Part shown: positions 44,784 to 57,461 of the stretch, in pieces
How positions within the stretch are numbered: the stretch's first letter is position 1
Layout of the letters: every line of letters begins with the position of its first letter
IMG/VR virus record: IMGVR_UViG_3300029305_005870
DNA length: 64,000 nucleotides
Direction: 5' to 3' (one strand)
DNA from: a virus
Lineage: Duplodnaviria > Caudoviricetes
The notes under the pieces: model-generated
What the model was told of the DNA's origin: nothing
Seen by the model: only the letters and a program-made list of their open reading frames with translations
Database searches by the model: none
Made by a program: the position numbers and the translations under genes

Positions 44784-45377
44784 TTAAAATAATCCTTTAA
44801 TGTCTTCTTTAGTAGCTATATTTTCTGCTTCAACAAATTCTTCAGTAATCACTTCATCTGTTTCTATAGGTGATAATCCAAATAAACTTCTTATATCATT
44901 TACATTTGTTGTAGTGTAAATTCCTAACGAATTTTGATTTAATTTTTCTCCTATTTGAGCACTTGGAAGTAATACGTTTAATAATTCAGTAGTTTCTGTA
45001 ATTATATCTAATGCTTCCTTTATTTTTTTAACACTATATTCTAATTCTGAATATGTGATATTTCCTATTTTAGTATCTTCGGATAATTCTGTAGATCCTG
45101 TAACTTTTAAATCTTTATTAAAACTATAATTAGAAGCATCTTCTGGAATTCCGGTAAATAATTTTCCTAAAATTATAGGTTTATTATATTCATAATTTTC
45201 AAATCCGACATACACAACATCATTTAAAACGTAATTTTTAAAATTACCAGGTTCGTGACACACTGTCGCATCCGTTATAAATTGAGTAGAAACTCCTGCT
45301 ACTTCAAATATAGGTATTCTTACTTTAATATTTCCTGTTACATAATCTATTGAGGTAATTATTGCTTTTTGTATCAT
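44784..45377 (-). CDS. Baseplate spike protein (gp5/gpV OB-fold N-terminus)
   Basis: IKVRIPIF...DVVYVGFEN....PIILG. Confidence 0.8.
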   Translation of the reverse strand: MIQKAIITSIDYVTGNIKVRIPIFEVAGVSTQFITDATVCHEPGNFKNYVLNDVVYVGFENYEYNKPIILGKLFTGIPEDASNYSFNKDLKVTGSTELSEDTKIGNITYSELEYSVKKIKEALDIITETTELLNVLLPSAQIGEKLNQNSLGIYTTTNVNDIRSLFGLSPIETDEVITEEFVEAENIATKEDIKGLF

Positions 45378-45395
45378 TATAAATTCCTCCTATTT

Positions 45396-46724
45396 TTACA
45401 TAGATGTTTTACTAGTATATGATGTATTTGTTATTGTTGAAAAATCATTCATTGGCGCAACTCTAGTTAAAGTTAATGTTGTTTTATATCCTCTTGTACT
45501 AATAGAATCTTGTTGTTTTGTTACAATGTATAGTCCTGAAGATATATGTTTATTTCCAAAAAATAAAACTTTTAAATTTACATATTGCATTAATGTAGCA
45601 GGACGTAATAAACCTTTTAAGGTAACAGTTGCTGTTATAGGATATTGAGTGATTTTACTTCATCAAACATTTTCAGCAGTGTTACTTAAACCATTTTTTG
45701 TTTGAGCACCTATTCTTGGAGAATATTCTTCTTCTCATTCACCTTTATCATTTAATCTAAGAACATATTCAGTAGAACTTAATTCTTTTTGATAATCATA
45801 ATATATAGAATAATTTTCATTATTTTCTATTGAAAAACTTGTTATAATATTTTGAGTAGGATATCCTATTATTAATTCGTAAGCATCTGCATGTTGAATA
45901 CTTTTTGATACTTTAGTAATTTTAAAATAAGGTCCACCCAAATATTTTAAATTACTTCCATTTATATTTTGACCATCTACATCATCGTGAATAGTTAAAA
46001 CGTAAAATGTGTTTTGTTTATTATTATTGCTGGAAGCTCCTTCAGGAATCATACATCCAACTAAATAATTTAAATATTCTAAAGGAGACATTCCTATTTT
46101 AGCATCTATTTTTACAGCTTTATCATCTGCAGCAATTAAACCTAATTGATTTACTATTGCCATATTATTCATTCCATAAAATAGGTCTTTTAGTCCATAG
46201 TCTTGATTTTGTAAAATCTTTTTTATAACATTACTAGGTTTTTCTGAAGAATATGCTTCTCCTACAACAGAACCACTATATCCTAATTGTGCTGATGAAG
46301 TAGCTTGAACAGTATAAGATATTTTAGAGTTTTGAATATCAAATTGACTCGTAATATTTGTTATTATAGCTTGTTCATTTTTATAAATATATGAAGGTAA
46401 GCTAACATCTCCATAGGAAAAAATTATTTTTCTGCTCTTTCCTATTGAACTAAATACTTTTTCAAAGAAATTAGGATCATCTCCTGGACGTATAGGATAA
46501 ATTAAATTTAATGTGTATTTATTTACTTGTCCATTTATTTTTACTATATCTAAACTTTGAACATAATTAGGATACTTTATTGAAGCTTGTTTATAAAATC
46601 CGTTATTTCCTTGAACAACAGCACTTTCTTTATTATATACTCCAAAAGTATAGTCTCCTATTGTTATTTTAATAAAAGGGACTTCTATTCTAGTAGTCCC
46701 TCCAAGTAATGATATATTTGCCAT
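45396..46724 (-). CDS. Baseplate hub protein (gp27/gpD-like, 442 aa)
   Basis: Joined through TGA, including tandem TGA-TGA; C-terminal SGLYIVTK..DSIS..GYKTTLTLTR. Confidence 0.78.
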
Positions 46725-47050
46725 TATCTTTCAGCTCCAAACTCAATTCCTGCTATTTGAGGAATTTTTAATGTTTTATAGTTATCAACTAGATTTATAA
46801 AAGAATCTTGAATATCATTAAAATATGCTATAGCTCAATATAATGTAGGATTATTATAATATTTTAAAGCTAAAGAATCTAATGTATCTGTTTGAGTAAC
46901 TTTATGTGATATATATGAAGTTTCTTTAGATAAAGGAGTACCTGTACCATAAACATATTTTTCATCTAAAGTATTATAATAATACGGAACTGTAGTATAT
47001 CTACAAGTATATGAATATACTTCATATTTTTTATCTTTTAATATATCCAT
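46724..47050 (-). CDS. LysM/tail-X baseplate protein (gp53/gpX-like)
   Basis: DTLDSLALKYYNNPTLYW(TGA)AIAYFN...LKIP. Confidence 0.85.
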
Positions 47051-47054
47051 ATAC

Positions 47055-47666
47055 TTATTCCTCCAATCTAAAGAAATCTTTCATTGTTCTTGTTAATCCT
47101 CTAAATCCACCTTGTTCAGCTATTGTAGTAGCATCATAAGGATCAGTTTCATAAATTGTAAAACTTATATCTACTTTTGCATAAGTACCATCTCTTAAAA
47201 TAGGTTTCATATAGTTAACACCTACTGAACCTGAAACAATACCTTTAATAAATATTTGATCACAAAATCTTATAGCAACTAAAGGAGGTTCAACTAATTT
47301 ATTTTTTAAATTATATTTAGGAACGGCTATTGATTGCAATTTTTTAATAAAAGTATCTAAATAATCATCACCTAATTCAGGAATTAAATTAGACTTTCCT
47401 TCATTTGCTTGTTGCATTAAATCTCTATGTAAATTTAAAGTTATTTGCATTGAACGAGGTCCTGAATTACTATATGTAAAAACTGGAGCTGTTCTAGATA
47501 ATGCATTTGTTTGATCAAATGTTGAATTCATTGAATCACTTATAGAATCAGGATAATTAGGTAAGAATAATCATTTCTCATCTTCATCTCCATCTAAATG
47601 AGATATATAAATATAATTATCTTTTAAATTTCAATCTCTGCTATAAGTCGTATATTTATTTGACAT
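47055..47666 (-). CDS. Tail tube initiator (gp48/gp54-like)
   Basis: Extended 5' through 2 TGA to an ATG with AGGAGG RBS; SRTAPVFTYSNSGPR, PPLVAIRF. Confidence 0.75.
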
Positions 47667-47668
47667 TA

Positions 47669-49108
47669 TTAGTCCTCCTTATAAATATCATATTCATTTC
47701 CTAAAGCTTTTTCTACATCTTTATCCATATAACCTAAAATATCAAATTTATCTTGAAGTAGATTTTTATTTTTAGCGATTGAATATAAACATCCTTTATA
47801 AACATCATCTCAAATTCCTTTTTTACTAGGTAGATATGTTAAAGCTCCAATTTCTTTTTTAGCTTTTTGTTCTTCAATTAAACTTTTATTTTTTCTGTTT
47901 ATTTTATCTTTATTTAATAAATTATATTGAATTCTTTTTATGTTGTCAGAAATATCCTCATTATTTGTTACAACATTTTCTAATAGATATTCTATTAATC
48001 TATTTGAAAAAGGAACTGTTATTCCTGAGTTAAAGAAGGTTAATTGAGATTTACTTGGAAGATTTAATTTAGATAAATCATTAAAATTATTATCTTCATC
48101 TTTAAAATTAATTTTATAATCAGAATATGAAGTATTTAAAGCATCAGTTATATAATCATATTTATTAATTTCAATTCCTTCAGTACCTGCTAAAGGTAAT
48201 GTTTTACTTTCCGTTTTTACATACTTTCCTTTAAAAATTTTACCATTATTTATATTATGATCTCCTTCTAATACTACAATAGAACTTAAACTATCTTTAG
48301 ATACTTTAATTACTAATTTTAAATCTCTTTCATAATTTATATAATCTTCCATTGTAAAATATTTAGTAGTTTGCGAATTTAAGATGCTTTTTAGCTCTTT
48401 TAATAAAGAATATTTAAAAGGTTTATCAAATACACTACTACTTATTTTTTGATATGTTAATGAGCTTAAATTATCATTTACATTTAAAGTATAATGTCTT
48501 TTTCCATATAAACAACAACATATTTCTAAAGGTAAAGTTGAATCTATAGAAATCATATAATCTTCAAAAAATTTAACTGGAATTAAATAGTATTTATAAT
48601 TAGCTTGTTCAGAATTAAATTGAGAATATATATTATTTCCATTTGAGTCTAAGTTAGGTGTTTTAACATTAAAATTTAAATTTCTAGGTAATTCATCTGT
48701 AAAACAGTTATACATAGACATTAAATTTAACTTATTATAATCTCTTAAGTATCTTAAATATTCTCCTAAATAAATATGAGTATCTTTATCATATATTAAA
48801 TTTTTATTATTAAAGGTACGAGTAAAATTATTATAATGAGTATTATATTTAAAGTATTGAATTTCTTTGAATACAGGAGGTTTTATTTCCGTTATTATCG
48901 TTTCTTTTCATGTATTTTCATCAATATTTTTTGTAGTTATAATTTCTTGTTCTGATTCACATTTTACAATATAATCATCTTTTAAATATATAACATTTTT
49001 AATGCAATCTTCATCATTTTTATATATTTTAATTGTAGGAATAGGAGTGGAGCTTAAAAGCTCCTTTAAGAATCCTACAAATATGTTATTATCATTAAAT
49101 TTTATCAT
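47669..49108 (-). CDS. Tail/baseplate-associated hypothetical protein (479 aa)
   Basis: Joins two track ORFs through TGA. Confidence 0.75.
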
Positions 49109-49131
49109 TTAATTTCTTTAACCTCCTTATT

Positions 49132-51291
49132 TTAATTAAATCCAGGAAGTCCTGATTCTAATCCTGCCATTCTAACATAGAATGCTGAAGAACCATCAAC
49201 TACTGCATTAAATAATTCATGCATTTGAGTTATAATATCATAAACATCGTTTAATGATACACTATCATTTTCTTCTTCTGCTTGTACACTTAAATCATTT
49301 TTCTGATCATCAACATTAGCCATTTCAGCATCCATTGCATCATCTCCAGAACTATTTCCTACATAATTTGTAGTAGATGTTTGAATAGTGCTTGAATTAT
49401 TAGTTAAACTAAATCCTCCAACACCTCTAGTTACACTTCTTAATCTTTCAGAACTATTAGTACTCATAGTATCTAACATTCCACTGACATTACCTGCGTT
49501 TCCTAGCGCACCTACTAAATCTCCAATAGATCCAAGTAAAGATCCTGATAGAGCTCCTACTTTCATTAAGTCTGCTACAGTAGTTTCTAAGTCAACCATG
49601 TTACCCATAACTGAAATACTAGGAATTCCAATTCCACCTACTAAATCATCTAACATATTAGAAGCACTTCAAATACCATATAAAGCAGGATTTGATGCAA
49701 TTCCTTCTGATAATGTATATTGGAAATTTTCTAAAGCATTATTCATAATTTCTCCGACTGACATACGAGAAGCATAACTTCCCATCATACTTCTTGTCAT
49801 ATTAGTAGCAGAAGAATAATTATATTCATTACCATATTTTGTTATATCAGTTATATCATTACTTAAATTAACTGCTGCCATTATATCTGATGTTTGTAAT
49901 CCATATAATTGAGCAACTTGAGATTGAACAACATTATTTCTAGTAGCAATAGTTTGTAAATAATAAACCATAGATTTCATTAAGTTGTTCATATCAGATC
50001 CATCTAATCCATTTACTAACATTTCTGAAAGATTCATTCCTGATTGAGCAGCTGCCATTGTTAATAATTTACCTGCACCTGAATCTAATGAATCAATATT
50101 ACCACTAGCTAATCCACCTAAAGCTTCTGCAATAGAAGATACTCCTGATTGAGACATTCCTACAGAATATAATGAACCTAACCATTTTTGTGCTTGGAAT
50201 TCAAATCCAATACTATCTTTATAATCCATTAAAGAAGTTGCTTGATATAAAGCTGAAGTTACACTATCTGATACATTTGATAAATATTCAGTATTTTGGT
50301 ATTCCTCATTTAAAAACTTATTTAAAGTAGCTTCCATACCTAAACGAGCTTCGGTTGAATCTGCTTGTTGAACTCTTATTATTTCTAATAATGTAGAATC
50401 AAAAGCATCAAAGGTTGTAGCAATATTTTCAGAAACTGTAGCTAAGAAAGCTCTTTCCTCTAAATTATAAGAAATACCTTTATCAATAGCTTCATTTAAT
50501 TTTTTCATTACATCAGCTTGTTTAACAAGTCCTGATGCTCCAATTGATTTACTAACTAAATCAGAAATACTTGAATGTCCTTTTCCACTTCCGAAAAGTC
50601 TTGTATCCCAATCTGATTTATAACTTGCTATTTCTTCAATAGTTGAATTTAATTTATTTACTAGATCAGCTGTTTTATTAGCTATATTATCTAAAGCTTT
50701 TACAACTCCAGCTCCTCCAGTATTTCCTCCAGCTAATTGACCTACAAGACCTTTAGTAAGATCTTTTAATCCTTCTTTTATATTACCTGAAAATAATTCT
50801 GATAATCCAACATCTGTTTGATCTTTAGCTATATTTAAATTTTCTTGTGCTTTTTGTTTAGAAGCATCTATCTTATCTTTTTTAGATTGAACTTGCTTTT
50901 TATTATCATCTTGTTTAATCTTTTTAATTTCTTCTTTTTGCTTTTTTATTTCAGCTTTTAAATTTTTCTTTTCTTCTTCACTATTAGTTGCTTCAGCTTG
51001 AGCTTGTAATGCTTTAATTTCTTTAATTTTTTCAGCTACTTCTTGCATTTGTAAAGCATGTTGTGATTCTTTTAAATTAGCTTCTTCCTGCAATTTTTGT
51101 TGTGCTTTAATAGCTGCTAAACGTTCTTTTTGCAATTCAAATAAAGCTTTATTATTTTCTTTATTCTCTGTATTTATCTTATTAATTTCTAAAGATGCTT
51201 TCTTTAAGTTTTCAAGATATTCAGTTCATGCTTCTGTAAAATCTTTTCCGGAAAATAAATTTTCATCTTGATCTCTCAAATTATCAGCCAT
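49132..51291 (-). CDS. Tape measure protein (719 aa)
   Basis: Helical, Ala/Gly/Ser-rich; follows the chaperone and precedes the baseplate genes; joined through 2 TGA. Confidence 0.8.
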
Positions 51292-51349
51292 AAGGTTACC
51301 TCCAATCTTTAAAAATATTTTTTTACTAATATATTGAATTTAGCAGTAA

Positions 51350-51622
51350 TTAAGAATTTAACCTTTTATTTTTCTTAGCTTTAGCTTCTTTTTTAATTTT
51401 ATCCATTTGCTCTTTACTTCTTTCATTTTCTTCTATAATTAAATTTAATAAGATATGTTTTTCACTTGGAGTTATATTAAGAAGATCTGTATAAGAAGTA
51501 TGTAGATTTTTAGCTATTACATATAATTCTTTTACTATTTGTTTATATCTATGAGGGCCATAATCTTTACCGTCTTTAGTCTTCTTTGGGTCTAAAAAAC
51601 TCTGGCCCGAATCGAAAAAAGG
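51350..51622 (-). CDS. Start-less +1-frame ORF, probable frameshifted extension of the tail assembly chaperone
   Basis: Open for 90 codons (KDYGPHRYKQIVKELYVIAKNLHTSYTDLLNITPSEK...); no upstream ATG or RBS; overlaps the chaperone 3' end. Confidence 0.65.
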   Translation of the reverse strand, partial: PFFDSGQSFLDPKKTKDGKDYGPHRYKQIVKELYVIAKNLHTSYTDLLNITPSEKHILLNLIIEENERSKEQMDKIKKEAKAKKNKRLNS

Positions 51623-52337
51623 TTAATATATTTCCACCACATTTATCACAAGTTAAGTTAAGTTTAGTATCTAAACCAAAAAATGCACTTGCCGCATCTA
51701 TTTTATTTATAATATAATTATAATCTCTAGCAGATAATGCATTTACATAATTTTCCATCTCTGCATATCCTAATTTTCTACCATCAACTGTATCAATCAT
51801 TTCTTGTAATTTAATTAAAGGTGTAGGATCTAAATTAAAATTTGGATTTTCTTTTTTAAATTCTTTTATTTTAAAATCTATATTATCTGCTATTCTAGGA
51901 GTTTTTATTTTAAGTTTTATATTACGTTTAGAAGCAGGTAACTCAAAAGATAATAATTCATTAAATTTATCTTCATCATAATCTTTAATTTTTAAAGAAT
52001 CTAAATCAATTTTAGAATTATATACAGCATCACAATGAGGACATCCTACAACCATTTTATATTCAGGTCCGTAAGTAACAACTCTTAGTTTATGTAATAA
52101 ATACTCGTAATCTGCCATACACATATCATAGCAAGATATAGGTAATTTAGTTAATAAACAATCATCTATAATTTCACACAAATTTTTATAAATATATTGG
52201 GAATTAGATGTTCTTTTCATTTCATCTCTTACTGTCATACTTCTTAATTTAATTCTAGGATCAAAACTATTTTTATATATTCTTGCTTTTGATGGAAGAG
52301 TGTAGTCTTCACAAATAGTATATTCTATATTACTCAT
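51576..52337 (-). CDS. Tail assembly chaperone / T4 gp26-like protein
   Basis: TLPS...LRSMTVRDE, DYEYLL..LR, CPHC, CDKCG, EFFRP. Confidence 0.8.
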   Translation of the reverse strand: MSNIEYTICEDYTLPSKARIYKNSFDPRIKLRSMTVRDEMKRTSNSQYIYKNLCEIIDDCLLTKLPISCYDMCMADYEYLLHKLRVVTYGPEYKMVVGCPHCDAVYNSKIDLDSLKIKDYDEDKFNELLSFELPASKRNIKLKIKTPRIADNIDFKIKEFKKENPNFNLDPTPLIKLQEMIDTVDGRKLGYAEMENYVNALSARDYNYIINKIDAASAFFGLDTKLNLTCDKCGGNILTFFRFGPEFFRPKED

Positions 52338-52620
52338 CGTATCCTCTCTCCTTTTGTAAATAATAACGTCTAATATAATCTTTTATAATCATAGCAATAA
52401 TATCTGGAATAGAACAAGAATAAGTATATCTTAATTTTTCTAATTCCATTTTAGTAGTTTCATCTAAATTAACGAATATTCTACTATTATCTTCAGATAA
52501 GTGTTCATTCAAAATATTTCTTATAAATGCTGACATTGATATATCACTATCAAAAGATTCTTTTTTTAGCCTTTGACGTAATGTCTCAGGAATTTCTAAT
52601 GCAATTATTCTTTTATTCAT
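52330..52620 (-). CDS. Tandem ribbon-helix-helix DNA-binding protein
   Basis: RIIALEIPETLRQRLK....ISMSAFIRNIL, repeated in degenerate form. Confidence 0.7.
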   Translation of the reverse strand: MNKRIIALEIPETLRQRLKKESFDSDISMSAFIRNILNEHLSEDNSRIFVNLDETTKMELEKLRYTYSCSIPDIIAMIIKDYIRRYYLQKERGYDE

Positions 52621-52690
52621 ATTATTTAATCATTCCTTTCATACATTAAATTTAGCTTTTTATAATTTTATAATTTTTTAATTCAAAAAG

Positions 52691-52714
52691 AAAAGAGGAT
52701 ATTAATCCTCTTTT
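52691..52714 (-). terminator. Intrinsic terminator after the tube gene
   Basis: aaaagaggat-atta-atcctctttt. Confidence 0.8.
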
Positions 52715-53352
52715 GCAAATATTTCATCAGGCATGTGCATAACTGCTCTATCGTATTGAAGTGTTACTGAAATTTGTCTTGCACCTGATGCCTCTACATC
52801 AAATGGACTTTCACTAATACTTGAAATCCAACAACCAATTAATTTCCAATATCTAATTTGTTTATGATCTGGAGTATATTCAATTAATGTACAATCATGT
52901 TTATATCCTTTATGTACTACTCCATTTTCATCTGTTCAAGTTCCTGCACGTCCTTGAGTATCTGTTATAACATCATAAGCTAATGCTTGTCATGCCATTA
53001 AAACGTTTTTAGTTTCTAATCCTACAAAATCTTGGAAATCTAATGTTCCTGATTGCCATGTTGGTACATCTGCAAATTTAACAACTGAATTTCCACGTTT
53101 AACTTCAATTTGTCCTAAATCAAAATGAGGAACAAATGATTTGTTAACACTTAGTTTAATAATATCTTGAGCTGTTCTTCCTGTATTTTTACCTGTTACA
53201 TACTCATTATCTTCATTTTCACCTGTATAAGCAAATTGTGGATATACTAAATCTCCTAAATCTTCAATTAATAATGTGAAGAAATTACTTCTTGCTGACT
53301 CATAATCCTGAATATTTTGACTAATATGATAAGTTCCTAATCTCTCTGACAT
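52702..53352 (-). CDS. Tail tube protein, T4 gp19-like (216 aa)
   Basis: IEVKRGNSVVKFA, LMAW(TGA)Q, RYWKLIGCWIS, SVTLQYDRA. Confidence 0.88.
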
Positions 53353-53370
53353 TTTTACTTACCTCCTTTA

Positions 53371-54765
53371 CTATTCAATAACCTCAATTGAATCTGTGAA
53401 TTCAATTGTGAAATCGAAATCTTCTACTGCTTCAATTGGTGCAATTGTAACTCTTGCTGATAAAACTGCTTTTTTACTTGTAGGAATTTTAGTTATTTTA
53501 TATCCTCTAATTCCTTGATTTGCTTTCATTGTTTCTAATAAAGGTTCAACATCATTTTTAAAATTAAACCATAATGTATCTGAATTAGGTTCAAATGTTC
53601 TAGTTCTAGATGCTCTATATAATGTTTTCTTTAAACTACAAGCTAATAATCTAATATTTAAGAAATCAGAAGCAATTAATTGAACATCTCCTCCTGATTT
53701 AGGAGCACTTAATGGATGCATTGTTCTATTTCCCCAAATAACATTTCCATAAGGTTTGACATTTGCTATAACATTTGTAGCAATATGATTTTCTCCTGAA
53801 GTTTTTCCATTAATTGTTTGAGTAGTTCTTGGTTGGAAAATATTAATAGCAGCATCTCCATATTCTTCACTTAATTGAATAGGTGCTAAAGGTGATATTC
53901 CTCTAACTGAACCTGCTATTGCAAATCATTCAGGAGTTCCTTTTCCAACAGAACTTGAATAAGCTACTAAGTAATTTAAGCTAGCAGGGAATAATTTATT
54001 TACTGCTTTTCCATTATAATCTTTTATACTTGAAGATTGAAACATTGGAGCAAATACTGCTGCATAATTTCCTGCTTTTTCTGTTGTTCGCGCAAATGTT
54101 ACACCTGTTCTAGTTACATCATTTTTAGCTGATGTTAAATTATAATTTACTGTATTATCAACTGCTTCAGCTAATTTTTTATTATTAGCATAAGTTATTG
54201 TTGCATCACTTTTAGTTCATACTTTTAATGTATTTCCATCTTCATCTTCTGTGTCAACGAATGAATAATTTCTATAATCTGAACTAGTTGATAATATCGC
54301 AACAGAATCTCCTCTTTCAGCGGCACATTCAATTGCTGCATTTGACATATTTATATTATCAATAACACCTGTAGTTATAAATAATAAATCATATAATCCT
54401 TTATCCTTATAATCTTCGTATAAGTCTGAACATTGTGTAGCGTTTAACTTTTCTGCTTCCTCTATATCAGTGTAAGCACCAAAATATTGTACAGGTAATC
54501 CTTGATTTAAAAGTGTTAATACATATGTTATAGAATCATCTTCTAATAATGTTGTAATATCACTTGAAGCGTCTTCAATTGAATCGATAATTGAATCGAC
54601 TTTATCTGTAAAATCCTTTTTATTTGTATAGAAACCATCTAAAGTAATCTTAGAATCATCTTTAGTTGCTTCTACTTTAATACCTGGAACTAATACAGTA
54701 TTTTCAACATAAGAATAACTACCAGAACCCGTATTATCAATTTCTCTAATTGTAATTGTTGGCAT
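53371..54765 (-). CDS. Tail sheath protein (464 aa)
   Basis: MPTITIREID, PEW(TGA)FAIAGSVRG, IWGNRT, FLNIRLL, FEPNSDTLW..FK. Confidence 0.9.
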
Positions 54766-54821
54766 ACTACATTCTCCTTTTTATTAATAATTAATTTTAT
54801 CATATAATTTAGCTTAGAAAT

Positions 54822-55421
54822 TTATAATTTATTTTTAATAATACCTTCAACATCTTCTATTCTCTTATTTTGTAAAATTGGAATACTATAAATAAAAGCA
54901 TCTTCTACTGTAAAGTTTAAAGTTCATCTAGTAAATTGGTCTGAAAATAATTTTTCAGCTATATCACTGTTATCTGATATTGTAGGATTTAATCTTATAT
55001 AACAAGTGTGATTTATAGAAGAATTATTATAAGGAATTTCAATTTTCATATCAGGACTATTTATTAAATTAAAAATAAAATTTCTTAAATATTCATCTCC
55101 CTCTATAAATTTTTGTGTATAAATATCTAATTGATAAGATATTTGAATAGGAATAGCATCTAATTGTTTTGTTTTTTCTTCATTGTACTCTACTTTCTTT
55201 CCATCGCAAGATAAACTTCTTTTAGTAGGAATTGAAAGATTTATATTTGTATCTCTAGAAATTGCTATTAAAGGTAATGTTAAAGGCTTATCATTATTTT
55301 GATCCGCAGTAATTTGAAATAATCGATTTACTTCATTAGGTTTTAAAATAACCATATTAGGATCAGCAATTCATTTTTTAATTTTATTAACTACTGCTTC
55401 ATCATAAAATCTTATACTCAT
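54822..55421 (-). CDS. Tail terminator / sheath stabiliser, T4 gp15-like (199 aa)
   Basis: LPLIAISR...AIPIQISYQLDIYT; extended at both ends through TGA. Confidence 0.7.
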
Positions 55422-55825
55422 TTTAATATTTTCTCCTTTTCATTATATAAATGATTTAAGAACACTAAAGTATTTTCAATAATTTCATAGAATAAATTAG
55501 TTCCTTTTAAACTTAAATTTCCTTTATTTATTAGGTTATAGATAGTAATTAAATCTAAATTTTTATAATAATTATTTTTTAAATTTAAAGTTTTTGTTTC
55601 TAAGTCTAAATAAAAATTATTTAATATTATATCTATTATATTATATATATTAATATCGAAATTAAAATGATCTGCTATCTTATTTAATCTGTTTCTTATT
55701 GTAACATTTTTTTTATCTTTACTTCTTTTAATTATTTGAAAATATTTTTTTGAAAAGAATTTTAAATGTGTTGACATTTTATCATAATTATATTCTGTCA
55801 TGTATGGAATATCGACTAAAATCAT
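55412..55825 (-). CDS. Hypothetical protein, first gene of the late arm
   Basis: AAAGGAG RBS and GCTAAATT at 55851. Confidence 0.65.
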
Positions 55826-55929
55826 TTTAAAATCTCCTTTCAATATATCTAATTTAGCTGAAATTTAAAGTTTTCAAAATGTATATATTTATATATATAA
55901 TTATTTTAAAGAAAGGATAATTTTTATTT

Positions 55930-56964
55930 ATGCAAGAACAAAAAAAGAAAAAATTTTCTTATTCTAAATTAGATACTTTTAAACAATGTGCTTGAAAATA
56001 TAAATTAATATATGAAGATCATAATTTCATAAGTAAAGGTTCAATTGCTACAGAATTTGGTACTTTAATTCATTATATAGAAGAAACGATGGCTAATAAA
56101 ATAATAAATTATGAGTTATTAAATTATGAAGAATTAAAAAATTTAACTTTAAATATAAACATTTTAGATGAAAAAGAAACTGTTTTAGGAGCAAATATTT
56201 TAAAAAATAAATATCCTAAAGAATGGTTTGAATTAGATAAAAATGGTAAAAATTATGAAGATAAGTTAAATGATTATTTAAATAAAGGTATTTATAGATT
56301 ACGTGACTATTTAATTAGTAATCCTGATTTTGAAATTTTAGGAATTGAAGATGAATTTAATATAGAATTAAACGGTTATATTTTTCACGGATTTATAGAT
56401 AGAGCTTTTAGAAATGTTGTAACAGGAGAAGTATTTATTGAAGATATTAAAACTTGGACAAAAGATTTGGATAAAGATGTATTAACAACTCCTCTTCAAT
56501 TAGTTATTTATTCTTTAGCTGCTAAAGAATTATATGGAGTAGATGAATCTTTAATTCATTGTTCTTATGAACTTCCTTTATGGGATAAACGATATTCTGC
56601 AGGAACAAAAGGATTTATTAATAGAGGACTTAAAAAGATAACATCCTTATTAGAAGAAATTGAAGAAGAAAAATTTGAACCTAATCCTACTCCTTTATGT
56701 CATTGGTGTGACTTCTGCAATACAAATCCTAATCAACCTGAAGAAGGAAAAAATTTATGTCCTTATTTTTGTAAATGGACTAGAGAAACTAAAGATTTTA
56801 GTGTGGAATATGAATGGTTAGGTATCGAAAATCATGAGAAAATATTAGAAGCATTTAATAATAAAAATGTAAAAGAAAACAAAGCTGAAATTAGAATAGA
56901 AAAAATATTACCTAAATTAAATGAAAATATTACTTCAAAAAGAATTTTTATTTTAAGAAAATAA
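55930..56964 (+). CDS. Cas4/AddB-like PD-(D/E)xK exonuclease with Fe-S cysteines (344 aa)
   Basis: FSYSKLDTFKQCAW(TGA)KY, GTLIH, GFIDR, IEDIKT, QLVIY, CHWCDFC...CP. Confidence 0.88.
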
Positions 56965-56975
56965 GAGGTATAAAA

Positions 56976-57461
56976 ATGAAATTTATTGAAAAATTAAAAA
57001 TTTACAAAAATAAAAAATTATGTAGAAAATATCCTTTTTTAATACCTAGAAATGTTTGAACAGGTGAAATCTCAGAGAATTATAATTTTGAAGATACTTA
57101 TAATGACTGATTAGCTCCTGGTTGAAGAAAAGCTTTCGGAAAGAAATTATGAAAAGAATTATCTATAGTTTTAAAAGAACATAATTATGAAAATGAGTTT
57201 TATTTTACTCAAATAAAAGAAAAATGAGGAGAATTAACAATGTATTTTTGTTCTCTTCCTGAAGATATATATGACAATATTTCTAAAATAATTACTAAAT
57301 ACGAAAACCTATCTAGAGAATATTGTTATATATGTGGTAGAAAAACTAAATATTATACTGTAGGATGAATTACATATATTTGTAAAAAATGTGCTAAAAA
57401 ATTTAAAAATTCATCTGCTATAAAGAAAATTGGAGGAATTGATGATGAAAAAGATTTTTAA
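56976..57461 (+). CDS. Phage Zn-binding hypothetical protein (QIKEKxG type, 161 aa)
   Basis: PGW, QIKEKWGEL.MY, CYICG, GWITYICKKC; all six Trp are TGA; absent from the track. Confidence 0.8.
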
